From Macrostomum lignano (Eukaryota): 64,000 nucleotides of DNA. The position numbers were made by a program, and so were the translations under genes. Each line of letters starts with the position of its first letter. Within the stretch, counting starts at the first letter, position 1. Of the stretch, positions 23,401 through 34,004 are shown in pieces. Under the pieces are notes generated by a model. That model saw only the letters and a list, made by a program, of their open reading frames with translations. It searched no databases and was not told the DNA's origin. The stretch covers positions 119,380-183,379 of the forward strand of contig NIVC01002328.1 in assembly GCA_002269645.1 (NCBI GenBank). Reading direction: 5' to 3'.

Positions 23401-26400
23401 ACTTGAGGCCTGACCCGAACTTAACCTGAAGACACCTAAATTTAAGCTGAAGCCTCACCTGAACTAAACTTGAGGCCTGACCTGAACTTAACCTGAAGAA
23501 ACCTAAATTTAAGCTGAAGCCTCACCTGAACTTAACTTGAGGCCTGACCCGAACTTAACCTGAAGACACCTAAATTTAAGCTGAAGCCTCACCTGAACTT
23601 AACTTGAGGCCTGACCCGAACTTAACCTGAAGACACCTAAATTTAAGCTGAAGCCACACGTGAACCTAACCTACAGCCTGACCTGAACTTAACCTGAAGC
23701 CACACCTAAACTTAACCTAAAGCCAGACCTGAACTAAACATGAAGCCTCAACCTGAACTAAAACTGAAGCCTCAACCTGAACTAAACATGAAGCCTCAAC
23801 CTGAACTAAACCTGAAGCCTCAACCTGAACTAAATATGAAGCCTTAACCTGAACTAAACATGAGCCTCAACCTGAACTAAAACTGAAGCCTCAACCTGAA
23901 CTAAAACTGAAGCCTCAACCTGAACTAAACATGAAGCCTCAACCTAAACTAAACATGAAGCCTCAAACTGAACTAAACATGAAACTTCAACCTGAACTAA
24001 ACCTGAAGCCTCAACCTGAACTAAACCTGAAGCCTCAACCTGAACTAAACCTGAAGCCTCAACCTTGAACTAAACATAAAGCCTTAAACTGAACTAAACA
24101 TGAAGCCTCAACCTGAACTAAACCTGAAGCCTCAACCTTGAACTAAACATGAAGCCTCAAACTGAACTAAACATGAAGCCTTCAACCTTGAACTAAACCT
24201 GAAGCCTCAACCTGAACTAAACCTGAAGCCTCAACCTTGAACTAAACCTGAAGCCTCAACCTTGAACTAAACCTGAAGCCTCAAACTGAACTAAACATGA
24301 AGCCTCAACCTGAACTAAACATGAAGCCTCAAACTGAACTAAACATGAAACTTCAACCTGAACTAAACCTGAAGCCTCAACCTGAACTAAACCTGAAGCC
24401 TCAACCTGAACTAAACATGAAGCCTCAACCTTGAACTAAACATGAAGCCTCAACCTGAACTAAACCTGAAGCCTCAACCTGAACTAAACATGAAGCCTCA
24501 ACCTGAACTAAACATGAAGCCTCAACCTGAACTAAATATGAAGCCTCAAACTGAACTAAACATGAAGCCTCAAACTGAACTAAACATGAAGCCTCAACCT
24601 GAACTAAACCTGAAGCCTCAACCTTGAACTGAACATGAAGCCTCAACCTGAACTAAACATGAAGCCTCAACCTGAACTAAACCTGAAGCCTCAACCTGAA
24701 CTAAACATGAAGCCTCAACCTGAACTAAACATGAAGCCTCAACCTGAACTAAACCTGAAGCCTCAACCTTGAACTGAACATGAAGCCTCAACCTGAACTA
24801 AACATGAAGCCTCAACCTTGAACTAAACATAAAGCCTCAACCTGAACTAAACATGAAGCCTCAACCTGAACTAAATATGAAGCCTCAACCTGAACTAAAC
24901 ATGAAGCCTCAACCTGAACTAAACATGAAGCCTCAACCTGAACTAAACCTGAAGCCTCAACCTTGAACTAAACATAAAGCCTCAACTGAACTAAACCTGA
25001 AGCCTCAACCTGAACTAAACATGAAGCCTCAACCTTAACTAAACCTGAAGCCTCAACCTGAACTAAACATGAAGCCTCAACCTGAACTAAACATGAAGCC
25101 TCAACCTGAACTAAATATGAAGCCTCAAACTGAACTAAACATGAAGCCTCAACCTGAACTAAACCTGAAGCCTCAACCTTGAACTAAACATAAAGCCTCA
25201 ACCTGAACTAAACATGAAGCCTCAACCTGAACTAAATATGAAGCCTCAACCTGAACTAAACATAAAGCCTCAAACTGAACTAAACATGAAGCCTCAACCT
25301 GAACTAAACCTGAAGCCTCAACCTGAACTAAACCTGAAGCCTCAACTGAACTAAACCTGAAGCCTCAACCAGAGCCCCAGAACAGCAGACACAAAAAGCC
25401 ACTCACTCGTATTCCCGATATTTCTCGCAGATGCCGCCATTCTGATCCTTGGTGCCAACCCAGGCCAAGCCCAGCGTGCCGCCGCTGAAGTCCCGATAAG
25501 TGAACAGGTAGGCCAAGCAGTGCTCCGAATGGTTGCTATAGGCGTGCAAATTCAAGAAGCTGGTAACGTCGATACCCTCGGCACAGAACGGATTATTCTT
25601 GCCCGGGCCGCAATCCGCCGTAGTGTTAACCCGTATTCGATTAACCCGAAACTGTACGCCCCGCTGTTCGAACTTTTTGTCTCGAGTGATAAACCTAGTA
25701 GACGTGTAGATATGAGTCGCCGCGCTAACGTGATGCTGGAACAGGGCTTTGATCTCCGTGCGCGCCCGCTGGTGATTGCCGTTCACCGACGGCAGGCGGA
25801 GGGTGGCCTCCCACAGAGCGGCGTCAGACTGCAAGTAGAGCGAGCACACCTTCGTGTCGCCTAGTTGGCCGACCTCGCCACTGTCCGGCAACAGCGATTT
25901 GTCAGCGGTGAATGGGGGCGGCAGCGGCGGGTGCACGGCAGGCGGATGCCTGATCACCGAGCTGAATAGGGGATGAGGTGGGTGATCACAGGTGTGAAAT
26001 GAGTGGGGTGGGTGATCACGGGTGTGAAATGAGTGGGGTGGGTGATCACGGGTGTGAAATGAGTGGGGTGGGTGATCACGGGTGTGAAATGAGTGGGGTG
26101 GGTGATCACGGGTGGGAATTGAGTGGGGTGGGTGATCACGGGTGAATTGAGTGGGGTGGGTGATCACGGGTGAATTGAGTGGGGTGGGTGATCACGGGTG
26201 AATTGAGTGGGGTGGGTGATCACGGGTGTGAATTGAGAGGTGTGGGTGATCACGGGTGTGATTGTGAATTTAGTGGGGTGGGTGATCACGGGTGTGAATT
26301 GAGAGGTGTGGGTGATCACGGGTGTGATTGTGAATTTAGTGGGGTGGGTGATCACAGGTGAATAGAGCGGGGTGCGTGATCACGGGTGTGAATTGAGTAA

Positions 26401-27563
26401 GGTAGGTGATCACGGGTGTGAATTGAGTGGGGTGGGTGATTATGGGTGTGAATTGAGTCAGGTAGGTGATCACGGGTGTGAATTGAGTGGGGTGGGTGAT
26501 TATGGGTGTGAATTGAGTCAGGTAGGTGATCACGGGTGTCAATTGAGCGGGGTGCGTGATCACGGGTGTGAATTGAGTGGGGTGGGTGATCACGGGTGTG
26601 AGTTGAGTGGGGTGGGTGATCACGGGTGTGAATTGAGTGCAATGGGTGATCACGGGTGTGAAATGAGTGGGGTAGGTGATCACAGGTCAGTGTCGTTCAC
26701 TGGGAGCAGAGCCACCAGATGGGATTCTGTGTGAATTGTCCAACAAGAGAAGCCTCTGTCCCAGTGGCGGAGCAGCTCAGCGGTAAACCAGTCTGACTCC
26801 CCTTCCCGTGCAAGAAAGTGTACTGTGTTTTGTATGCGCGTGCATAAGTGCGTGTCTGAGCGCAGTATTGGCGCGCTTGAATGCGCTCAGGAATGCGCTC
26901 AGAAGCAGCAGGCAGGACGAAGTTCTGTCAAGGTTCTGCCAAGGTTGCCCCACAACCAACAATTATTATTATATTTTATGATTAAGCCACGCAAGCTTGC
27001 ACTCACCGCCGGTGCCGTTTCGGCCACATCACGTGCGAGTCATTGTAAATAATCGAATGAAAGTCGAGCCGGCCGAGAAAGTACCTACCAGCCGGTTCAA
27101 CAAACCAGCCGGACCCGTCTGAGGTGTACACGGCGCCGCTGAACACGCCGTCTATGATGCTGCCGAACGCGTGGCTGCCCGGATCGTCGGCCAACTCGCC
27201 GACAACAGCTTCGGGAAAATCTAAGGGTTCCGGACTGCCCGAGGCGCCCAATTGAAATGTGGCGCCGGGTTCAACTAAGCCGTCGTTATGAGAAAATTTG
27301 AGCACAAAATGCCGGCCGTGGGCGGAGAACTCCAACCAGACTGGATCGGCCGAGTGGCCGAGACTTCGCCTGGCCCGGTGCAGCCGGCCAGGCGGCAGGT
27401 CCAGCGGCGGATAGCGCAGCCGGTCGTGATCTGTGACCGTCTCCGTGGTTGCTAGGGGGCCGTAGGCTCGCCCGGAGACGCAGTTAAACAAAGACGCGGC
27501 GGCGCCAGCTAGTAGGGCAGCGGTTAGCAACAGGCGGCTGAGGCTGCGGCGCTGGGCAGTCAT
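17280..27563 (-). CDS. ADAM10: ADAM10/kuzbanian-like metalloprotease-disintegrin, about 808 aa; join(27563..27007,25880..25407,21286..21038,20280..19656,18495..18095,17400..17280)
   Basis: Signal peptide, prodomain, furin site RHRR, catalytic domain (CSLYLQSD, RDFSGGTLGLAWVG, KSLNTGIVT, HEMGHNFGANHD, Met-turn YIMF), disintegrin CGNSLLEPGEQCDCG, Cys-rich region, TM WYFVIIICLAVLIALG. All phases are compatible. Confidence 0.94.
17478..18055. repeat. About 32-bp purine-rich minisatellite (gaagattcggggagaacaaagactcaatggga) with an internal ~300-bp duplication
   Basis: Fills ADAM10 intron 5; the block at about 17590-17720 recurs at about 17890-18020. Confidence 0.9.
18095..18495 (-). CDS. ADAM10: ADAM10 exon 5 (Cys-rich end, TM, cytoplasmic)
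   Basis: ttgcag|VGSPCENYKGYC...TM...LAYC CG|gtgagg. Confidence 0.9.
18565..19610. repeat. 23-bp minisatellite (tgggatctcaaatgaggatagtc)
   Basis: ADAM10 intron 4. Confidence 0.93.
19656..20280 (-). CDS. ADAM10: ADAM10 exon 4 (disintegrin and Cys-rich)
   Basis: ggccag|G FSPCS...LKLQ|gtaatc. Confidence 0.93.
20460..21020. repeat. 14-15-bp minisatellite (gttgtgaagtt core)
   Basis: ADAM10 intron 3. Confidence 0.93.
21038..21286 (-). CDS. ADAM10: ADAM10 exon 3 (zinc-binding motif)
   Basis: Contains HEMGHNFGANHD. The 5' boundary is tentative (an alternative in-phase acceptor ccgcag lies about 18 nt inside). Confidence 0.9.
21425..22395. repeat. 32-33-bp minisatellite (gggcgagtctgggatcacaaaactcagggaag)
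   Basis: ADAM10 intron 2, 3' part. Confidence 0.93.
23316..25372. repeat. 24-bp minisatellite (tgaagcctcaacctgaactaaaca) with a 67-bp trimeric segment at 23316-23700
   Basis: ADAM10 intron 2, 5' part; aagcctcacc recurs at 23316, 23383 and onward. Confidence 0.95.
25407..25880 (-). CDS. ADAM10: ADAM10 exon 2 (catalytic domain, N-half)
   Basis: ggacag|T GEVGQLGDTKVCSLYLQ...GGICEKYREY GA|gtgagt. Confidence 0.92.
25975..26685. repeat. About 30-bp minisatellite (gggtgatcacgggtgtgaattgagtggggt)
   Basis: ADAM10 intron 1. Confidence 0.93.
27007..27563 (-). CDS. ADAM10: ADAM10 exon 1 (signal peptide and prodomain)
   Basis: MTAQRRSLSRLLLTAALL...FGSIIDGVFSG...HSIIY; donor CG|gtgagt. Confidence 0.92.
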
Positions 27564-27659
27564 TGCGGCTGCTGCGGCTCACTGCAACTCCGCGCCAGGG
27601 CAACTGCGCTGGAGAGCAAGTGTGGGATGGCTTGGCTCTATTGTGGACGAAATTGAAAA

Positions 27660-28332
27660 GGCGATTCTATTCAGGAAGGAGGCGATTCTATTCAGGAAGG
27701 AGGCGATTCTATTCAGGAAGGAGGCGATTCTATTCAGGAAGGAGGCGATTCTATTCAGGAAGGAGGCGATTCTATTCAGGAAGGAGGCGATTCTATTCAG
27801 GAAGGAGGCGATTCTATTCAGGAAGGAGGCGATTCTATTTGGGAAGGAGGCGATTCTATTTGTGAATGAGGCGATTCTATTCGGGAATGAGGCGATTCTA
27901 TTTGGGAAGGAGGCGATTCTATTTGTGAATGAGGCGATTCTATTTGGGAATGAGGCGATTCTATTCGGGAATGAGGCGATTCTATTTGTGAATGAGGCGA
28001 TTCTATTCGGGAATGAGGCGATTCTATTTGGGAAGGAGGCTATTCTATTTGGGAATGAGGCGATTCTATTCGGGAAGGAGGCGATTCTATTTGGGAATGA
28101 GGCGATTCTATTTGGGAATGAGGCGATTCTATTTGGGAAGGAGGCGATTCTATTTGGGAATGAGGCGATTCTATTTGGGAATGAGGCGATTCTATTCAGG
28201 AAGGAGGCGATTCTATTCGGGAATGAGGCGATTCTATTCGGGAATGAGGCGATTCTATTCGGGAATGAGGCGATTCTATTCAGGAAGGAGGCGATTCTAT
28301 TCGGGAAGGAGGCGATTCTATTCGGGAAGGAG
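27660..28332. repeat. 21-bp minisatellite (aggaggcgattctattcagga) between MRPL11 and ADAM10
   Basis: About 32 units, graded from the cagg variant to the tggg/gaat variant. Confidence 0.95.
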
Positions 28333-28556
28333 GCTGTGACTACATTTGCTTATATAATAATAGAACACTTCAATCTCAGCCAATAGGTTGGCATTCATAA
28401 AGCTACAAACGCAATCAGATGCAAAACACTATATTTCAAATTATAAATATTGATTATTAGTAGAAGGAAGCAGACAAAAATGCTTAACTAGTTCATCTAT
28501 CATTGCGCTGTTCTTCCAAATTCGGAAAAAAAGAGCGAGGCATTCAACAAGTAAGA

Positions 28557-29135
28557 TCAAATTTTAGCCATCTTAGCCTTCTTCAATGCCGCCAGCTCCT
28601 CGCGCATCTGGCGCAGCTCCTCCGCTCGTTTCTCCAAGAAGACCGCGTACTCAGCCGGGTCAATGCTGTCCACCACCAGCACGCCCATTCTCCTTGCCGA
28701 TTGGATCACCATTTCAACAATAGAGCGCAGCGGCGTCGTCTGCAACGGCGGATCCTGCTGCTTTAGCTGGGCAATCTCGTAGATATGCTGCCTAGTAACC
28801 ATACCGGCCACCTCTTTCATGGGATCTGTGGCGCCTTTGCTAATACCGGCTGCCTGCTTAATTAAAAAGGACGTTGGCGGATGGTACAGCTGAAGTACAA
28901 AGCTCCGATCGGGATTAATAAACACCACCGTTGGTATGGGAACGCCCGGCCTAATATGTTTAGTTCGCTCGTTGAAATCTTTACAAAAGCTGGGTATGTT
29001 GATGCCGCGCTTGCCCAGCTGCGGGCCAAGTGGCGGGGCGGGCTTGGCCTGCTGGGCCGGGATGTTGGTCTTGTAGTAGATGGGGTGCACAGCCGCCTCG
29101 TAGAAGCCGCGATAGCGTTTCACCTTGGCAGCCAT
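28557..29135 (-). CDS. MRPL11: Mitochondrial ribosomal protein uL11m (39S L11), intronless, 192 aa
   Basis: TNIPAQQAKPAPPLGPQLGKRGINIPSFCKDFNERT...PDRSF...KQAAGISKGA...HIYEIA..K...SARRMG are uL11 signatures with the mitochondrial-type C-terminal extension. Confidence 0.95.
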   Translation of the reverse strand: MAAKVKRYRGFYEAAVHPIYYKTNIPAQQAKPAPPLGPQLGKRGINIPSFCKDFNERTKHIRPGVPIPTVVFINPDRSFVLQLYHPPTSFLIKQAAGISKGATDPMKEVAGMVTRQHIYEIAQLKQQDPPLQTTPLRSIVEMVIQSARRMGVLVVDSIDPAEYAVFLEKRAEELRQMREELAALKKAKMAKI

Positions 29136-29369
29136 TGGCTTGGCGTGTGGGCTGCTAGCCTTGGCATGAAAGTGCCGTCTGCGTTGGTTATTTACATGTA
29201 ATTAATCAATCAAAGAGCTTCATCACTCAGTTGCATTAACAAGTAGCAATGAGTGGTGATTAAGCACAAAAATTCTGTTTGCTATTTACTTGTGTCTACA
29301 GTTTTTGTTTAAGTTTATTAATTGGTTTCCATTTTTCCTGTTTTTTTAGCTTGCATGGAACCATTAAGA

Positions 29370-29915
29370 GACAATCAATATTCTCTGTGGACAATCACAT
29401 TTGATACACGCTGGGTGTGCTGCCAATTTGCCAATAGTCCAAGAAGAGAGCTGGTCTGGGCGACTTCATACATCAGTGATCATCAAGGGGTCTGTGTGGC
29501 CCCTTCAGATCATCATAGCATTATCTGAGCATGACATCATGCATGACTCAACCTAAGGCTCATGAGTTCAACCTAAGGCTGTCAGAGTCAGATATTTTGA
29601 CAGGCAATAAATGTTGGACTTCCTTTTTCATGACGAAGGAGGACAAGCAAGCAGTGTAATGTGGTCTTATGGACTTAAGATGAGCCTAGGCCTGGGGTCG
29701 TGAAGATAAATCACAGGTTTTAGAAGGAAGAAAAGGATATACACCATTTTCTTTAGCTCCCAGATGTTTTGATGGTGAAATTCTTGAGAGTGGCACTGTG
29801 ACTGCCAAGTATTACACTTTATGCTTGACATAGTGCCTGGCTGCTATGACCCCATCCACCCTACTTGCCAGACCTCACATCCTGCAACTTTTGGAGTTCC
29901 AAAAGCTCAAGTCAT
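29370..29915 (+). mobile_element. Highly decayed mariner (DD34D-type) transposase remnant
   Basis: TRWVC (ARWVP), EILESGTVTAKYY, HPPYLPDLTSCNFW/FQKLK (HPPYSPDLAPxDF..F.KLK), with stops and frameshifts. Confidence 0.6.
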
Positions 29916-30059
29916 CAATTTCTGGGGGCCATTGTTGCACATTCGAAACCTAGCTTGAGCAAGCAAAGCAGAACTGAAGGGGTGCTTGCAAGTGAATAGA
30001 TCAGCTGAATCCATCAGTATAAATTTTAAATTTTCCTGCCAAGGGTTTCCCATGGCAAG

Positions 30060-30180
30060 CTTTCCTGAGAAATTTCTTAGCCAAGACACATACTATGATG
30101 GAAAGATTTCTAATCAAAAGGTGAAAGTTTAAAAAATCGATTGAGCTTTTCTTTAAGACAACCATCTTTAGTATATGAAA
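30060..30180 (-). mobile_element. Old fragment of the 5' end of the same Helitron family as 33415-41744
   Basis: Reverse complement reads catatactaaagatg...gctcaatcgattttttaaactt...tcttggctaagaaatt, paralleling 33415-33560. Confidence 0.6.
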
Positions 30181-31826
30181 AAATGCTTTTATATAAAATG
30201 CATTGTGACCCAATATTCTAATGAATACTATTATAGTTGTTTAGACCATAGTAGACTATGTTGCTTATTTAAAGTGAATTGAATTATTTGCTTAATTTCT
30301 TGATAGTACAGATCATTAAATAGTTTTAACCTCAATCTTATCTTTATCTACATAGTCTAGACAGTATAAATTGACTAGACATATATATGGGATTCAAACA
30401 TACAAGCCTTTAAAGTATACAGGCCACTTATTTCTATAGGGTTTCTATGCTTTTTAGTGCCTATGCTTTTTGGTGCAATGGTGCCTGGCATTTTGGTATA
30501 TATATTATAAATTTGAATAAGATGCCAAATTAATATTTTATTGTTTATATGCATTACATGCTATATTGTACCTACATGAATGTTACAATGATTGTATATA
30601 GCTATTCACATTTATCTATAGAGCAGATATTAGAAAGCATGGGAAGCACCACCTTTTCTTAGCCAAAGAGTGCCAAATTTAGCTTTTGAAGAAGGCCACA
30701 ACATGGTATATGGATAGCACATTTTTTGGTTGCATACACCTTAAAATATGCCATTTACATATATATTTTGCTTATACAAGTGCCACTGACATTTGTCTTT
30801 ATATCTGGTTAAATGTCAAAAGATTATAAGTCTTATGAGCCTTTTGAGGCATCCTACCTAAGGCAAAGCCATTTTAACTTTGTTATGGATTACAAAGCTG
30901 CACAACATAAAAGTTGCCATCAAGTGTTTCCCCAAAATCGGAATATCAATTGATGTAGCTTTCATTGGACATAGTCTATATTTAGAAAAATCTAGACCCT
31001 TGGGTTTCCAAGAGTCTTACAATTAGAATGAAATAACATAGCTTTTGTTTGAGGCTAATGGCCTTACACTACTTGCCTATTGCAAAGATAATTCTAGTCT
31101 TCAACAATTTGAAGGCTAGCAATATAAGCAATAAAAAATATTTAAACTCACAATATGTATTAGGTCTATAAATATTTTGTTTTAGGTTGTTCATTTGTAT
31201 ATTTGTATATAATTGTATATTTATGTATGAAACCCTTGGCTAGCAAGCGTCATGTGTACTATAGAAAACATCAATATCTTTGGCTGTTCTATAAGAAAGT
31301 TTTATCTAGATAAAATGATATAAAAAGCTACTATAGGCATTTGAATAGCAAGGCTAGATAAGGCAAGCTACAATTTTATATTTTGCTAGGCTTGCTTTTC
31401 AATGAGGCTACCTTAATATCTCTATAGCTGCAAGTGTAGCTTGTAGGCCCTACCACAAAGTGCTTTGTGCCATAGGGTATCTAGTCAATCTGGCAACAAG
31501 ATGATCTGGCAACAAAGGATCTGGCAATATTCAAAATGGCAACAAGGTATAAAGCTATAAATAGGCTATTTGACATTTAAATAGATTAGAAAGCTTTTAC
31601 ATTATTATAAAATATTATTTCTTATTATTAAATATTATTTCTTTTTATTAAATATTAAAAAGTACAAATAGCTATTCTTAAGAGACTTAAGCTTAATCAA
31701 GAACTAATTTTATGCTTCAAAACTTGTTATAATGTATCTGACGCTGAAAAGCTACAATAGTCTATGGTCAAAGTGTTAACAAATAAACAAGTCTTAACAG
31801 AAACAAATAAAAAGTACTATTGTCTA

Positions 31827-32123
31827 CATACATGCGCAACCTCCAAATTTCGGTCGGCCATGCGACTTAGTTTTAATAAAAATGCGACGTAGTTTTTGGC
31901 CAAAAATGCGACTTACATGTAAAAAAACCCGAAAGCAAAATTAACGCAACTTTGGGTAAACGGCAGGAGTAACTATGACTGTCTTATAAAGCCAAAATGC
32001 CTCGTCAGCTACTTAGTACTACTACTCTGTGTTTTTTCGGGTTGGCATTTTTGCGACTTCCTTGGTTGGCCGCCAAATCGGTCGGCCGGATCGGCCGACT
32101 CGGCCGACTGTTGCGCATGTATG
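31827..32123. mobile_element. hAT/P-type MITE, 297 bp, carrying a 28S rRNA fragment
   Basis: 14-bp perfect TIR catacatgcgcaac; 8-bp TSD attgtcta at 31819-31826 and 32124-32131; subterminal atgcgac and cggccga repeats. Confidence 0.85.
31954..32017 (+). pseudogene. 64-nt fragment of eukaryotic 28S (LSU) rRNA, helix 69-71 region including the R2/I-PpoI target
   Basis: gggtaaacggcaggagtaactatgactgtcttataaagccaaaatgcctcgtcagctacttagt versus the universally conserved GGGTAAACGGCGGGAGTAACTATGACTCTCTTAAGGTAGCCAAATGCCTCGTCATCTAATTAGT. Confidence 0.9.
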
Positions 32124-34004
32124 ATTGTCTATGGTCAAACTGCCAATGAACAAACAACAAAAGCTTTATACACTATAGTAGTGGGAAATCCATAATCGGA
32201 TATTCCCAAATGGCTTCACTAGGTTTAGTTGATGCCACAATTCCTCTAAGTATGTTTTAAATAGGGCTTGTAAAGTCCCATGCATGGTGCGCAGTATAGC
32301 CTTGCTAAATTTAGAACTTTACTCTAAGTCTTTTGTTATTTGTCAACTTGCTAAAGATCATTGATATTTAGACTTACTATAGACCTTTTTTAAGTCAAAA
32401 AATGTTCAAACTTTTTGGCCATAGACTATTGCAGCTTTCTGGGGTCAGATACATTATAACAAGTTTTGAAGCATCAAATTAGTGCTTAATCAGGCTTAAG
32501 TCTCTTAAAAGTATTTATTTGAACTTAAAATAGTTTGTAGATTACTTTTCTGAAGTCAAAATAATTTAACGAATGAAACTTGACAATTGCAAAAAGCTAT
32601 TACATAAAAAAGTTGGCTATTGGCATTTTAACAGATTAGAGAGCTTTGATTGTTTTAATTATTATAATTGTTAGTATTGTTATTAATTATTATTTTTTAT
32701 ATTCAATAGAATGTAAGGGGATAAGCCTATACAAACATAGTTCCCAGGATTGGCCAACTTAGTATGTTCAAAATATGTTCCACCATAAAGGGGGTCCATA
32801 TGCCATAGCCATAGCCATAAACAAAACTATGGCTTATTCCAATTTTCCATATTCTGTAGCTGTAGCGACTTTAATATTGCCATATTCCTGTGGCTCATAT
32901 AGCCATAGCCATAGTTTTAACAAAAAGTCTAGGAAACAAAATATTTTTAATCAATAAGATAACCTAATGCTTAAACAACTACAATTTAAAGTAGAAAATA
33001 AAACAAACACTTGATTGCCTTTGAAAGAATATATTTAATCCTTTTACAAAGAGTAACAATACTTAATCACTATTGAAAGTACTAATGCTAAACTTTTTTA
33101 CATTGTTAAAAGTTAGAATTTGCTAGTGTTTCATTGTACTTTATTAAACATAGGCCTAATCTATAAGTTTCTAAGTCTATAATATAGTTTAATAAAGTAG
33201 GCCTATCTTTGTTTTACTCTACTTGTTTCTAATATTTTTTAGTTATTAACTATGGCTAGGCCTATAAGAATACTACAGAATATGATAGCAACTACCATAT
33301 TTCTATAGCCATAGCTATAAGAGCAGCTATCTACTATAGGCATATCCATAATTGCTGTAGGCACCTATTTTACCATATTTGCTATAATATCTTCTAAATA
33401 TACTAAATCTCTAATCCTATATACTAAAAATGAAATGTCTGTAACTAACTAGCTATGCGATAGATTTCAGAAAAAATGGCTCAACCGATTTTCTTCAAAC
33501 TTGCACCATTCGATCAGAAATGTTCCTGGGACGGTACATGTATCTTGGCTAAGAAATTGCTCAATGTTAAAGGGATTAAATATTCGAAAAACATGCTTTT
33601 TTGCAAAGGTCAAGCCAAATTTTTGACTTGAAATGCATTGTAAGAATGCTAGAGAAAAAACTGACTGGCTGAATTACGATTGTGATAAAGATTGCATCAC
33701 AACAAGGTGAAAACAGTGCCACAGAAACGCACACAAGACTTCATTGAAATTGCGTAACCATATTGCTAACTTGAATTGAGACTGATACTGGCTGACTGAG
33801 AAATTGATTATGTCATAACTTTTTACTCTTACCGACTTGCTATAAGTATTGAATTATAAGGGCCACAAGTCATGTTCTCCAATTGAAAAGAGATAGCCGG
33901 ATGCAAACAGACTGGAATGCTAATGTAGCGACCTTGGTTCGAATCTTAGTGGTGAAAAATGTTTTTTTTATTAAAACACGTTAAAAAACACAAAATTCTC
34001 AACA

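Noticed and set aside
1205-26734. Numerous repetitive ORFs in the track (FLGHSG, MFRLGIS, VITHPT, KPQPELN, poly-V, etc.)
   Set aside because: They are by-products of intronic or intergenic tandem repeats.
26777-26962. Extra ADAM10 exon supplying the cysteine switch
   Set aside because: Splice signals are weak and there is no similarity to ADAM prodomains.
27622-28386. 254-aa ORF (KEAILFR)n on the plus strand
   Set aside because: It is the translation of a stop-free 21-bp minisatellite, open in more than one frame, with no splice or homology support.
31954-32017. Functional rRNA gene
   Set aside because: Only 64 nt match, with several substitutions, inside a MITE. It is recorded as a fragment.
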